A stretch of DNA of 64,000 nt from an uncultured Acidobacteriota bacterium (GTDB taxonomy: Bacteria > Acidobacteriota > UBA6911), in assembly GCA_963843575.1 (NCBI GenBank), contig CAWJKZ010000014.1:672001-736000 (forward strand), read 5' to 3'. Under the pieces are notes generated by a model. That model saw only the letters and a program-made list of their open reading frames with translations, was not told the origin of the DNA and ran no database searches. Each line of letters starts with the position of its first letter. Position 1 is the first letter of the stretch. Both the position numbers and the translations under genes were made by a program. Shown in pieces: positions 30,571 through 42,133 of this stretch.

Positions 30571-32855
30571 ATGAAAATGCGATGTGTCGATTTCCAGTGA
30601 ATTGCTGGCCAACAAGCGCTCCGTGTTCTGGCGGCGGTCATCGTGATCTGCTGCCTGGCATCCGGCACGGCGGCTCTCGCCGAGGAGGCTGCCGGGCAGA
30701 AACTCCCCGGCAGGCCACCTCCGCCGCGCAGAGCAACGTGCCGCGTCCGACAGACGGCAGCGGCGCCCCTTCCCGTCAATCCTTCACCGGCGGGGCATCG
30801 TGAGCTCGCTCACCAATGTCACGACCGCGCAGGAAGAGGGCAGCCTGGTCGTCTCCGTGCCAACCACCGACGGCGCGGCCAAGACGCAGGAGTTCATCCT
30901 GAGCGACCCGCCACGGCTCGTCGTCGACCTGATCAATGTCGACAACAAGGCGCCGTTCTTCAATCTGCCGATCAACAGCGCCGGGGTCAAGCAGCTCCGA
31001 GTCCGACAGTTCCAGAGCACCGAGCCCAGGATCTCCCGGCTCGTCTTCGACCTGGACGCAGGCGCACGGCAGGCACGTCACGCAGTCGGAAGGCACGACG
31101 GTCCGAATCGTCTTCCACCCCAAGGCCAATCCGCCGCCGGGAGCCCCGCCGTCCTAAAGACGGCCGCCGGTGGTCGAGGCGGCCGAGAGCGCTGCCAAGA
31201 AGCCGGTCGCCGCCGAAGCGGTTCCTCCGCGACAGAACACCGCAGTCGCCCAGCTGGAGGCACGGCCCCGGCACGCGCGTCCGAGCAGACAGCCGTCGCA
31301 GCAAAACCCGCCGAAAAGAGAACCACGGTCCCGATCATCCGGGACCTGGCCGTGTCGGAGATCCCCCGCAGCGCGCTGTGCGTCCATCTGCCGGGACCGA
31401 AACCGCCAGCCAGCACCGGCCCCGGTCGCGGCCAAAGAAGCCCCGGCCCAACCGCCCCCGGTTCCGCTCCCGCTGCGCCGTCGCCCCTCCTCCTCCGCCT
31501 CTACGGGTGGGAGCTGCCGATGCGAGATTCTCAGGTCACCCGCTCACGCTCGACCTCATCGACATCTCCCTCGTCGACTTCTTCCGTCTGATGTCGGAAG
31601 AGGGAGGGATCAACGTCGTCATGGATCCGGAGATCAAGGGCAACCTGTCCATCAAGGTCGTTAAGGTCCCCTGGGACCAGATCTTCGAAGCCGCCATGAT
31701 GAACAACGGCCTCGACAAGCAGATCGACGGCAACCTCGTCCGGATCGCACGCAAGAGCACGCTCCAGGAAGAGGCAAAGCAGCGGGAGTCGACTCAAGAA
31801 GGCCAACCTCCTCGCCGCGGACCTGGAGACCAGGATCAAGCGCCTGAACTATGCGAAGGCGGCCGCGTTCATCCCGCCGCTCACGCGAGCAGAAGACCGT
31901 CCGCGGTACGGTGGTCGTCGACGAGCGGACCAATTCCCTGATCATCAGCGACATTCCGCAGTTCGGTCGAGCGCATGGTCCAACTGGTCGAAAGCCTCGA
32001 CATCCCGCAGCCGCAGGTCGAGATCGAAGCGCGCATCGTTTCCGCCACCCGCGACTTTGCCCGCGACATCGGCGTGCAGTTCGGCTTCGTCCAGGGCAAC
32101 CTCGAACGGGTCAGCGTCGGCGGTCCGAACACGTTCGGGACCATCGGCGGCACCCGCCCGTCGGCAACCCCGACCAACACCTATGCCGCCGGCAATTCCT
32201 CGACCGGCCGAGGCGCCTCGGAGAGCACCTCCAGCCAGAACGGGGGCGGTCAGCACGGGAACCTCGACCAATAACGCCGGGAACTACAACGTCAACCTGC
32301 CGGCGCAGAAAGCATTCGGCGGACTGGGCATCTCGGTGGGCAACATCTTCGATACCTTCCTGCTCGACGCGGCGATCACGGCCGGGGAAACGAAGGGACT
32401 CGCCAAGCTGATCTCCCAGCCCAAGGTGACCGCGCAGAACAACAGCGCCGCGACGATCACCCAGGGATTGCGCTTCCCCGTCCAGATCATCGCCAACAAC
32501 ACGATCACGGTGCAGTTCCAGAACGCGGCCCTCACGCTGATCGTTACGCCCCAGATCACCTACGAGGGCAACGTGGTCCTGGACCTGAAGGTCGAGAACA
32601 ACACTCCCGACTTCGCCAGAGCAGGTCAACGGCATCCCGTCGATTCGCACCTCCGAGTCGTCGACACGGGTGCTGGTGAGCGACGGCGGCACGACCGTCA
32701 TCGGCGGCATCCTGATCGACAACGAAACCACCCAGGAGGACCGGGTCCCGGGCCTGGCGTCACTGCCGATTATCGGCAACGTGTTCAGACGCTCGGCGGT
32801 GTCGCACAGCACGCAGGAAGTCCTGTTCTTCATCACACCGAGGATCATCAAGTAA
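30571..32855 (+). CDS. pilQ: Type IV pilus secretin PilQ with AMIN domain (multiple frameshifts)
   Basis: LSDPPRLVVDL (AMIN), VPWDQ, DERTNSLII, PQVEIEARIV, DGGTTVIGGI, RVPGLASLPIIG, FFITPRII. Confidence 0.94.
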
Positions 32856-32863
32856 CGGGGTTC

Positions 32864-33218
32864 ATGTTTCAGTCGATTCTGGCCAATCTGACCGCCCGTA
32901 TCCGGGGAGCACGCTGGGCTATGCTCGTGGCCACCGACGGGGTGCTCCTCGAGAGTTCCCCCGCCGCGCTGCCCGACGGAGACGTTGTCGCCGCCGAGTA
33001 CGGGCTTCTCTTCAGGTGCGATGCACCGCACCGTCGCCAACAGTGGCGACGAACTGGCCGCCGCAACGCTCGCGACCCGTGGCAGCAGGATACTCTTCCA
33101 GGACCTCACCCCCGACTACTTCCTCCTGATTTTCCTGGAACCGGACGGCCATGCCGGCAAGGCCGCCTTCGAGATCGCACGTGCCCGCAGCACCCTCGAA
33201 CGCGAACTGGTCTTTTAG
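32864..33218 (+). CDS. Roadblock/LC7 domain protein (MglB/MglC-like; frameshifted)
   Basis: MFQSILANLTARIRGARWAMLVATDGV..LTPDYFLLIFLEPDGHAGKAAFEI pattern. Confidence 0.8.
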
Positions 33219-33631
33219 CCAGTTCGCGTTCGGAATGCGGGGCCTCGCCCTGCACCCTGTCCCTCTCTCTCAACGATAGACATCATCATTCAACCGTCGC
33301 CCGGCAACGGGAGATCGAGTGGGCGAACCAGACCCCGGCCCTGAGGGGCCCCGGGCAAGCGGCGCCTGGGCGCCTCCGAAACTGAAATCTTTCGCGGCGC
33401 AGGGTGGAGATATGTGCAAAGTTCAGACTAAGCCGCCGCACCCCATATCCCGGTGCGCTTTACATCAAACGTCAATGGTGCTATGATCCCCGCCGTTTTC
33501 ACGGGTGCCGCAATTCGAGTGTGGACAGTACAACCGAAACGAGAGCCAAAATCGACCGGCGTGGTGGACATTTTCCGACGAGATTCCCGTTCTGGAACCG
33601 GTATCGTGGTCCAGACGCCCAAAACTCGCTC

Positions 33632-34130
33632 ATGAACATAAAAGAAGTCAAGGACCTGATTCAGGAAATACTCCAGAGCGACATCAGCGAGTTTGAACTG
33701 GAGCACACGGGCACGAAATTGAAATTGCGCCGTGGTTTCGGGCAGGCACAGGCGGTCGAAACGTCCTCGGTGCCCTCCGCTGTAGGCACCCCCATAGCCG
33801 CCGCGCCGCAGACGGTCCGGAAGGAAGAAGCCGTTCCAGGCACGACCGCACCCGAAGTTAAGGACGAGGACTCTGAGGCCGGCCTGCACATCATCACGTC
33901 ACCGATTGTCGGCACCTTTCTACCACGCTTCGTCACCGACGGCTCAGCCGTATCGTCAAAGATGGGCCAGATGGTCCAGGAAGGAGACAATCCTTTGCAT
34001 CGTCGAAGCGATGAAGCTGATGAACGAGATCCCTTCCGACGTCGCGGGCGAGGTCGTGCGGATCTACGTCGAAAACACCAGTCCGGTGGAATTCGGCCAG
34101 AAGCTGTTCGCGATCCGGCCCCGGAAATAG
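33632..34130 (+). CDS. accB: Acetyl-CoA carboxylase biotin carboxyl carrier protein (frameshifted)
   Basis: [40 protein letters not shown]. Confidence 0.95.
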
Positions 34131-34143
34131 GACCAGATCGACG

Positions 34144-35492
34144 ATGTTTCGAAAAATCCTGATCGCCAACCGGGGTGAAATCGCGCTCCGGATCATCTGC
34201 GCCTGCAAAGAGCTCGGGATCCCGACGGTCGCCGTCTACTCCCAGGCCGACCAGAACTCGCTGCACGTGCGGTTTGCCGACGAGGCGGTCTGCATCGGGC
34301 CTCCGCCCAGCTCGGAGAGCTACCTGAACATCCCGGCCGTGATCAGCGCCGCCGAAATCACCAACGCCGACGCAATCCATCCGGGGTACGGTTTTCTGGC
34401 CGAGAGCGCCTATTTCGCCGAGGTGTGCGAGGCGTGCGGCCTGACGTTCATCGGCCCGTCGCCCGAGGTGATCCGGCTGATGGGAGACAAGGAGACAGGC
34501 CAGGACGGCAATGCAGGAGGCCGGGCTGCCGATCGTGCCCGGGACGGGCCGGGTCCAGGGCCCGGCGGCCTCGATTCTTGCCGGCCGTCGAAGCAGATCG
34601 GGTATCCCGCTGATCATCAAGGCCGCCAACGGCGGCGGCGGCAAGGGCATGCGCATCGTCAACTCGGCTTCCGAACTGCCGGGAGCCCTGGAGATCGCAC
34701 AGAGCGAGTCGCTGTCGGCGTTCGGCTCGCCGGATGTGTACCTGGAGAAATACCTACCGACGGCGCGCCACATCGAGTTCCAGATCCTGGCCGACCACTT
34801 CGGCAATGTCGTGCACCTCGGGGAGACGGAGTGCTCGATCCAGCGCCGGTATCAGAAGCTGATCGAGGAATCGCCGTCACCCTACATCAAGCCGGAGACT
34901 CGCGCCGAGGTCGGCGCCCTGGTTGTAAACGCCGCACAGAATCGTGAATTACGCGAATGCCGGCACAATGGAGTTCATCTTCGACGACCAGGGCAAATAC
35001 TATTTCATGGAGATGAACACGCGAATCCAGGTCGAGCACCCGGTTACCGAAATGGTGACTTGCATCGACATCGTCAAGGAACAGATAAGGATAGCCGCGC
35101 GGCAGAAACTCGGGTTCGCGCAGGAGGATATCGTTTTTCGCGGCTCGGCGCTCGAGTGCCGGATCAACGCCGAGTGCCCCGACACGTTTCTCCCGTCCCC
35201 GGGCAAGCTCACCACCTTTTACCCGCCGAGCGGTTTCGGGGTCCGCGTCGACACGGCGGCCTACACCGAGGGTGAAGTCTCGCCGTACTACGATTCGCTC
35301 ATCGCCAAGGTGATCAGCTACGCCGGCACGCGCAAGGAAGCGATCAGCCGCATGCAACGGGCCCTGGGAATGATGGTCGTCGAGGGGATCAAGAGCACGA
35401 TCCCGCTGCACCAGCGCATCCTCGCGAGCCCGGGATTCCAGGAAGGGCGTTTCAACACGCGGTACCTGGATCAGCTCCGTTCGCGCCGATAG
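34144..35492 (+). CDS. accC: Biotin carboxylase (frameshifted)
   Basis: [56 protein letters not shown]. Confidence 0.96.
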
Positions 35493-35518
35493 CCTGCGGC
35501 TGCCAGGACGGGGGAATC

Positions 35519-36147
35519 ATGGCGTTTTCGCCGCCGAGGGTCTATCCGATCACCGACAAGCGCTCGCGCACGCCGATACTCACCTGTCAATCCTAAAGCA
35601 GCTTGTGCGCGGCGGCGCCACCCTCGTGCAGATCCGCGACAAGGAAACCCCGACCGGCGACCTCCTTCGAGACCTGAGACGTTGTGTCGAATTCGCCACC
35701 GAGCACGGCGTGCTTCTGCTGGTGAACGACCGCTGCGACCTCGTGCTCTGCACCGGCGCCGACGGGGTACACCTCGGCCAGGAAGACCTGCCCCCCGCGG
35801 CAGCCCGCAGGCTGCTCGGAGACGCGCGCGTAGTGGGCTACTCGACTCATTCGCTCGCGCAGGCGCGTGCCGCCGCCTCGTTGCCCGTCCAATACATCGG
35901 ATTTGGCCCGATCTACGAAAGCGCGACAAAACCGGGCACCAATCCCGTTACGGGGCTGCGGCTGCTGCGCCGTGTCTGCGCGGCCTCGGACAAGCCGGTG
36001 GTCGCCATCGGCGGCATCGGGCTGCAACAGGTGCGGGAAGTGCTCGATTGCGGCGCATGCAGCGTCGCCGTCATCTCGGCGTTGATGGGGGCCGCGAGCA
36101 TCTCCCGGCAGATGGAGAAGTTTATTCGCGCCACGGGGACAGGATAG
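35519..36147 (+). CDS. thiE: Thiamine-phosphate synthase (5' frameshifts)
   Basis: VQIRDK, VNDRCD, ADGVHLGQEDL, GYSTHS, VAIGGI. Confidence 0.92.
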
Positions 36148-37249
36148 ACTTCGAGTACTCCGGGAAGGCTTCCACGATCAGGTCGGGGCCGGCTGCGAAC
36201 GTGCGGCGGATCCTGAAGCGCGGCGCCTCGGGAATCGAGGCGTACCCTTCGCCACTCACCGCCGGAACCGCCGCGCCGCCGAGCACCAGCGGGGCCAGGA
36301 TGAAGTAGAACTTGTCGACGAGGCCGTGAGAGAGGAACGCCCAGTGGGTCCGACCGCCGCCTTCGACCAACACGCCGAGGAGGTCGCGCCGGGCCAGTTC
36401 CCGCAGTACAAAACCGATCTCCGGTCGGCGCGGCTCCCCGCCCGGCCACGGGATCAGCTCAGCGCCCCGCCTTTCGAGTTCGGACCGACGCCTGCGCGGT
36501 GCACCCGTACTGCAGAATACGTGCACCGCACCCGGGTTGTCGAAGAGTCGGGCACCCGGAGGCGTCTTCAGATCGGTGTCGAGGATAGCGCGGGCCAGCG
36601 GCCGCCGTTTTCTCTGCATGCCACGATAGGTCAACTCGGGATTGTCCGCCAGAATCGTGCCGATTCCTACCAGCACGGCGTCCAACCGCAAACGCAGGCC
36701 CTGGGTGAAATCGCCGGCCTCCGGAGAGGTCAGGCGGTGCTCCTCACCGCGCGGGGCGGCGATGCGCCCGTCCAGCGACATCCCCACCTTGCTCACTACG
36801 AGCGGGCGTCCCGACGTGACTCGGCAGGCGAACGGCTCGATCAGTTCCGCGGCCTGCCGCTCCATGAGTCCCAGGTGGACCTCAACACCGTTGTTCCGCA
36901 AAAACTCGAGCCCGCGCCCCCCCACCTTCGGGTTGGGATCGATCAGGGCAACGACCGCCCGGCGGATGCCCCGCCGGACGAGCAGTTCGGCGCATGGCGG
37001 CGTCCGGCCTTGATGCGCGCATGGCTCGAGCGTGAGGTACGCGGTAGCCCCGCGGGAGCGCTCCCCAGCCTCTTGGATGGCGACGACCTCGGCATGGTCC
37101 AGTCTGCCGTAGTCGTGCCAGCCCCTGCCGACTATCTTCCCTCCCGCCACAATAACGCACCCGACACTCGGGTTGGGGCTCGCGCAACCGATCCCCTGCA
37201 GCGCCAGCCGCAGCGCGGCCTTCATGAATCGCCTGTCGGTATCAGCCAT
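36122..37249 (-). CDS. ribD: Riboflavin biosynthesis deaminase/reductase RibD
   Basis: PNPSVGCVIV, HAE, TLEPCAHQGRTPPC, SLDGRIA, LVEGGG. Confidence 0.96.
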   Translation of the reverse strand: MADTDRRFMKAALRLALQGIGCASPNPSVGCVIVAGGKIVGRGWHDYGRLDHAEVVAIQEAGERSRGATAYLTLEPCAHQGRTPPCAELLVRRGIRRAVVALIDPNPKVGGRGLEFLRNNGVEVHLGLMERQAAELIEPFACRVTSGRPLVVSKVGMSLDGRIAAPRGEEHRLTSPEAGDFTQGLRLRLDAVLVGIGTILADNPELTYRGMQRKRRPLARAILDTDLKTPPGARLFDNPGAVHVFCSTGAPRRRRSELERRGAELIPWPGGEPRRPEIGFVLRELARRDLLGVLVEGGGRTHWAFLSHGLVDKFYFILAPLVLGGAAVPAVSGEGYASIPEAPRFRIRRTFAAGPDLIVEAFPEYSKSILSPWRE

Positions 37250-37444
37250 GACAGTCGGGCTCCGAACAGTGATAAGATGCGGAGCCTATCACAGGCTGCC
37301 GCGCTTTCCGCAAGCGTTTTGCGCCACGCGCAGGGTCTGCGGCCTCTTGCCGTCGGCGTTCGTGTGTCCCGGGAATCTTCTGCTGAAAAAAGCCGAGAAC
37401 GGGGGGTAGTATTACCGAGGTCCTGCTTACGGAAAGGAATTGAC

Positions 37445-37909
37445 GTGGTCCAGATACTGGCGCTGCTTCTGGCGGCCGGACAGGCCGCGACCGCACCCCC
37501 CGCGCGAGTGAGCCCGACTATCGGGATGGTGGGCAAGCCCGGAACGGGCGCCGCTATCCTCGTCGGCTACTTCGTCCAGGGCAAACCGTGCCTGCCCATG
37601 AAGAAGTTCACCCTCGACGCCGGCTATGTCGTAAACATCAGCCCCAGCGGGCGCCACGTCGGGATCATCGTCGAGAAGAAGATTTCGATGCTGCTCGACG
37701 GCAAGACCGCAGTCGTCGACAACCACCAGGTTACTCTGCCAACGCCGCCCGTCTCTCGTGATAACGACTACTATCTGCCGCTGGAATTCTTCGAGAAGGC
37801 CTTTCCGGCACAATTCAGCTATAACCCGAGGTCCTCGGTCGTTCTGGCGCGGCTCCCGAGGAATAGGGTCTTGAAAGTCCCCATCCGGCCGCTGCCGTCG
37901 AAGCCGTAA
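37445..37909 (+). CDS. Secreted protein with copper-amine-oxidase-N/stalk-like domain
   Basis: Signal peptide (VQILALLLAAGQA), KTAVVDNHQVTLPTPPVSRDNDYYLPLEFF motif. Confidence 0.6.
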   Translation: MVQILALLLAAGQAATAPPARVSPTIGMVGKPGTGAAILVGYFVQGKPCLPMKKFTLDAGYVVNISPSGRHVGIIVEKKISMLLDGKTAVVDNHQVTLPTPPVSRDNDYYLPLEFFEKAFPAQFSYNPRSSVVLARLPRNRVLKVPIRPLPSKP

Positions 37910-37931
37910 CGCGCCGGCACTCCAGCATCAT

Positions 37932-39221
37932 CTACGGTTCGGGAGTTGGTTCCGTGGCGGGCGCCGCGTAATGGAGGCGCACCCTGTGAACGCGTTTGCG
38001 GTCCGCGTCCAGGATGCGGATCCGCATTTCGTCTATGTCGAACTCCTCCCCCGGTGCCGGCACGCGCCCGAGGTACGACACGATCAGGCCGGCGACGGTC
38101 GAGCAATCCAGGCCGTCGAACTTCTTCCCCAGCAGTTCTCCCAGGCGGTCAAGTTCGGTGCTGCCCCGCAACACGTACGTTCCCGTCGCTTCCTCCACGA
38201 TTTCGCTCACCTTGACCTGGTCCTCGTCCCGGATGTCGCCGACGATCTCCTCCAGCAGGTCCTCCATCGTGACCAGCCCGGAAACGCCGCCGAACTCGTC
38301 GATCACGATGGCGATGTGGTCCCCGCGCTCCTGCATCTCCTTCAGGAGGGTCGACACGAGTTTCGTCTCGGGGACAAAATAGGCGGGGTGGACCAGCCCG
38401 GTAATGGGCTCGTTCTCTTTCCCGGGTTCGTAGTGCGCCAGCAGTTGTCGGATATAGCCGATTCCGATGATGTGATCCATGTCGCCGCGGAAGATCGGTA
38501 TGCGGGAATGCCGGTTCTGAACCATGACGTCGCGGAGTTGCGCGATGCTGGCGCTCTCCTCGCAGGCAACGATTTTGGTGCGGGGAGTCATGACTTCGCG
38601 CGCCAGCGTGTCGCCGAACTCGACGACAGACTGAATCAGCTTGCTGTCTTCCCTCTCGATGATACCCTCGTCTTCCCCGATCTCCAGGTAGGCCTGGATC
38701 TCTTGTCCGGTCGTCTCGGCGCTTGGGGGCTCTTCGGCCTTGGCCGCGTCGTCGTGCAGGCGCCGGGTGAAATTGAGCAGGCTCGACAGCGGCAGCGCAA
38801 AAGAGCGGAGCAGACTATAGGAGGGCCTGAACATGCGCAGCAGCAGGGGGATCTTGGCTTCAGGCGTGTTCTGAACCAGGAGCCGCGGCAAGAATTGCCT
38901 GAACAGCAGCGAAATCAGAAGTATGACACCGAACGAGTAGGCGACGCCCATGGCTTGCCACTGTTGCAGGCACAGATGGGTGGTCAGGATCGCCGTCACG
39001 ATCAGGCAGGCCTGGGTTCCGAAGTGGAGCGGCACCAGGATCTGGAGCTCGTCGTCAAGCACGAGGTCGAGGAGCGGCGGCGAAGGTTCGTCCTCGCGCT
39101 CGAGAATCATCCGGAGGGCAACGGGACTCGCCTGGGTGATCGCCGCTTCCACGAGTGAGAGGAAGAACAGAAATCCCAGACAGACGGCGATTACGGCCAG
39201 TTCCAGATAGATGTAGCTCAT
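37932..39221 (-). CDS. HlyC/CorC family CNNM-CBS transporter-associated protein
   Basis: N-terminal TMs, [47 protein letters not shown]. Confidence 0.94.
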   Translation of the reverse strand: MSYIYLELAVIAVCLGFLFFLSLVEAAITQASPVALRMILEREDEPSPPLLDLVLDDELQILVPLHFGTQACLIVTAILTTHLCLQQWQAMGVAYSFGVILLISLLFRQFLPRLLVQNTPEAKIPLLLRMFRPSYSLLRSFALPLSSLLNFTRRLHDDAAKAEEPPSAETTGQEIQAYLEIGEDEGIIEREDSKLIQSVVEFGDTLAREVMTPRTKIVACEESASIAQLRDVMVQNRHSRIPIFRGDMDHIIGIGYIRQLLAHYEPGKENEPITGLVHPAYFVPETKLVSTLLKEMQERGDHIAIVIDEFGGVSGLVTMEDLLEEIVGDIRDEDQVKVSEIVEEATGTYVLRGSTELDRLGELLGKKFDGLDCSTVAGLIVSYLGRVPAPGEEFDIDEMRIRILDADRKRVHRVRLHYAAPATEPTPEP

Positions 39222-39718
39222 GCGGCCCGCCTGGGTGTGATGAGTGGTCCGGGAGCCGAGGCGGGTTTGCGACGCAGAACCGCGCCCTGCAGCCGCATCA
39301 TGGTGCCGTCGTCGGATTCATGGTCATACCCGAGCAGGTGTAGCATCCCGTGAACCAGCAACTTCCGGATTTCGCGATCCAGGGTAGTCCTCCAGCGGCG
39401 CGCGTGCACCTCCGCGACCCCGGGGGCGATCACAAGTTCCCCCAATAGCGGCGCTCCTTCGACAGACGCTTTCCCGTACCCGAAACTGAGCACGTCGGTA
39501 GCGCGATCGCGGCCGCGGAAGCGGCGGTTGATAGCCCGCATGCTCGAGGGCCCAACGAACGCGACCCAGAGGGATCGCCCGGGCCTGTCGAGGGTGTCGA
39601 GTATCGCACTGCAGAAGGCCGCCACCGCTCGTGAGTCGATTCTAAATCGCTTTTGCCGGTCTTGGACCTGAATTCTGCAGCGCTTTTTCGGCCTCGATAC
39701 CGCTCTCGCTGAAGTCAT
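39218..39718 (-). CDS. ybeY: rRNA maturation endoribonuclease YbeY
   Basis: NRRFRGRDRATDVLSF, LGELVI, VHGMLHLLGYDH; start uncertain. Confidence 0.93.
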   Translation of the reverse strand: MTSARAVSRPKKRCRIQVQDRQKRFRIDSRAVAAFCSAILDTLDRPGRSLWVAFVGPSSMRAINRRFRGRDRATDVLSFGYGKASVEGAPLLGELVIAPGVAEVHARRWRTTLDREIRKLLVHGMLHLLGYDHESDDGTMMRLQGAVLRRKPASAPGPLITPRRAA

Positions 39719-41987
39719 ATCCCGGATAATCGATGCGGCGGTGGTATATGCCGGACAGGATCTTGAAGAAGCTTTCCTTGACCAGGCGGATGTCGCGGAG
39801 CGTGATGTCGCATTCGTCGAACTGGTCGTCGGCCACGATGGCGTCGACCAACCGGTTGATCATACCCTGAACCTGAGCCGGCGTAGGGTTGGAAAGGGTG
39901 CGCGAGGCAGCCTCCACGGAGTCCGCCATCATGATAATCGCGGCCTCCTTGCTCTGGGGTTTGGGGCCTGGGTAGCGGAAGTCTCCCTCGATGATTTCCT
40001 GGTTCTTCAGGTCGAGGGAGTCTTTCGCCTTCTGATAGAAGTAGGTCATGACCCTCGTGCCGTGGTGTTGGGGGATCATGTCGCGGATTTTCTGCGCCAA
40101 CCCGATTTCCCTGGCCAGTTCCAGGCCGTCCTTCACGTGGCTCGCGATGATGAGGCAGCTCATGGAGGGTGACAGGGTTTCGTGCTTGTTGATGCCGAAG
40201 ACCTGGTTCTCCACGAAATATTCGGGTTTGAGCATCTTGCCGATGTCGTGGTAATAGGCGCCGACGCGGGCGAGCAGCGGGTTTGCCCCGATTGCCTCCG
40301 CCGCGGCCTCGCCGAGTGTTCCGACCATGAGGCTGTGGTGGTAGGTGCCGGGCGCCTCGACCGAGAGCCGGCGCAAGACCGGGGCGTTCATGTTCGACAG
40401 CTCGAGCAAACGCACGTCCGTCGTCACCTTGAAGAGCGACTCGAGGACCGGCAGGAGCATGGAGGCCAGGGTCGAGGTAAGTATGCCGCTGACGAGCGCG
40501 ACGCCGAGCTTCCCCGGCGCCTCGGACAGCTGGAACGGACCGAGACGCAGGAGATCGATCGCGATCAGTGCACCCCAGTTCATCACTCCGATCGTGAGTC
40601 CTGCCTTGAGTATGGCCGCCCGGTCTTTGTATTGGCGGATGCTGTAGATGCCCACGAAGCTGCCGACCAGCGTGTAGCCGGCGAGATGAATGTCGCCGTA
40701 GAAGAGGCCGATCAGCACCGAAATGATGACGGAGCTCATCACGCCGAGATTGGTATCGACCAGGAGCGTGACGAGCACTGTCCCGAACGCGAACGGGATC
40801 GCGTAATAGAGGTTGAACGGGTCGCGGAAGAGATCGAGCGAGATGCGATCGCTGAGGATATCGGCCAGCGCGGTCAGGATGCGGGTCACCCCGAGCAGAC
40901 CGACGATGATCAGGAGTATGAGGACCGTGTGGCCGCGGATCTTGCGGTGGCGCGTCTGGTAGAAGACGAAATAGCGCCAGATCGAGTAGGTGAATACCAG
41001 TGCGAAAAAGAGGAAACCGAGCGATTGCCGGGCGAGGGACCTGGGCCGCTGCAGGTTGCGCAGGGCCTCGAGCTGGGTCACCGTGCTCTCGCTCACCTCC
41101 TCGCCGGCACGGACGATAACCTTACCCTGGCGGATCTGCGTTTCCACCGGCGTCACCTGCGCGGCGGCGGATTCGCGCCGCGCATTCGTGTCTCGCTCGC
41201 GGTAGGTGAGTGTCGGGACGAGCACCCCTTCCATGTATTGGATGAGCGCCGCCCTGTCCTGCGCCTGCAGTGCGGAGAACTCGAGGTGGAACTGGCGCAG
41301 GAAATCCCGGGCACCCGCCAGATCCCGTACCATGTAGGCTTCCGTCACGGGTCGGCCGAGCGGGGTGATATTGTCGCGCAGGGTTATGCCGGTGCGCTGG
41401 TCCTTGGCAAACTGGCCGCGGTCCGTCACGATGCCGGCGCGCATGACCGTATCCAAAACCTTCAGGACCTGTCCTTCCAGCTCCGGGTTAAACCGCTGAC
41501 GTAGAAGAACGGGCAGAATGCTCGCGGGGAATGAGCCGCCGGCCTCCCGTTCCAGCTCCTGCAGCACCTGCTCCTGTTCAATCCTGCGCAACTGCCCTTT
41601 CGGCGGGACGTTCTTGCGCGCGAGCACATTCCGGGCGGAGGCGAACGCCCGGGCGATTTCCGCCTCGCGGCGGGCGATCCTATCCGAGTCGAGCTCGTAG
41701 ATCGCCGGGATCGCTGCGCGTGCAATCTGTCGTCGCTGCTCGGTTGCAGGCCGGTCGACGTAGGTGACGTCCTGCAGCGCCCGCACGTCCTGGTTCGCAA
41801 TGGCGCCGACCTTCAGATCGGGGATGGACTGGTAGCGGAAACCGACGAGCAGGCTGGAGATAACCAAGGCCGCAGCAAAACCGACCAGGAGATCCAGCCA
41901 GGTGAGTCCCGCCCGGACGTTGTCGAAGAGTTTTGCGGCTTTGCTGGGGGGCCGTTCTCGCTTCGCGAGTTTGGCGACTTTAGGCAT
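39642..41987 (-). CDS. 7TM-HD phosphohydrolase (PgpH-like cyclic-di-AMP phosphodiesterase family)
   Basis: Extracellular domain, 7 TMs, APGTYHHS, YYHDIGK, HHGT, FRYPGPKPQSKEA, ADSVEAA. Confidence 0.92.
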   Translation of the reverse strand: MPKVAKLAKRERPPSKAAKLFDNVRAGLTWLDLLVGFAAALVISSLLVGFRYQSIPDLKVGAIANQDVRALQDVTYVDRPATEQRRQIARAAIPAIYELDSDRIARREAEIARAFASARNVLARKNVPPKGQLRRIEQEQVLQELEREAGGSFPASILPVLLRQRFNPELEGQVLKVLDTVMRAGIVTDRGQFAKDQRTGITLRDNITPLGRPVTEAYMVRDLAGARDFLRQFHLEFSALQAQDRAALIQYMEGVLVPTLTYRERDTNARRESAAAQVTPVETQIRQGKVIVRAGEEVSESTVTQLEALRNLQRPRSLARQSLGFLFFALVFTYSIWRYFVFYQTRHRKIRGHTVLILLIIVGLLGVTRILTALADILSDRISLDLFRDPFNLYYAIPFAFGTVLVTLLVDTNLGVMSSVIISVLIGLFYGDIHLAGYTLVGSFVGIYSIRQYKDRAAILKAGLTIGVMNWGALIAIDLLRLGPFQLSEAPGKLGVALVSGILTSTLASMLLPVLESLFKVTTDVRLLELSNMNAPVLRRLSVEAPGTYHHSLMVGTLGEAAAEAIGANPLLARVGAYYHDIGKMLKPEYFVENQVFGINKHETLSPSMSCLIIASHVKDGLELAREIGLAQKIRDMIPQHHGTRVMTYFYQKAKDSLDLKNQEIIEGDFRYPGPKPQSKEAAIIMMADSVEAASRTLSNPTPAQVQGMINRLVDAIVADDQFDECDITLRDIRLVKESFFKILSGIYHRRIDYPGYDFSESGIEAEKALQNSGPRPAKAI

Positions 41988-42133
41988 TCTTGCATCTGCC
42001 CCGTAGAGTAATTAAGTATAGCACACCTATACACTTGCCAGAGGGCCGGCCCGGCTCAGGCCGACGGGGAGAAACGTTTCGTGAGATGGGGAGGTCGGGG
42101 CCCGCCTCTGCGGCCGCGGGCCCGGGGGCGCCG

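Noticed and set aside
33814-33832. GGTCCGGAAGGAAGAAGCC resembling the SRP RNA loop
   Set aside because: Lies inside the accB coding frame (TVRKEEA) and lacks the long flanking stem.
35493-35520. TPP riboswitch before thiE and FMN riboswitch before ribD
   Set aside because: thiE follows accC within ~26 bp, leaving no room; no FMN consensus seen upstream of ribD.
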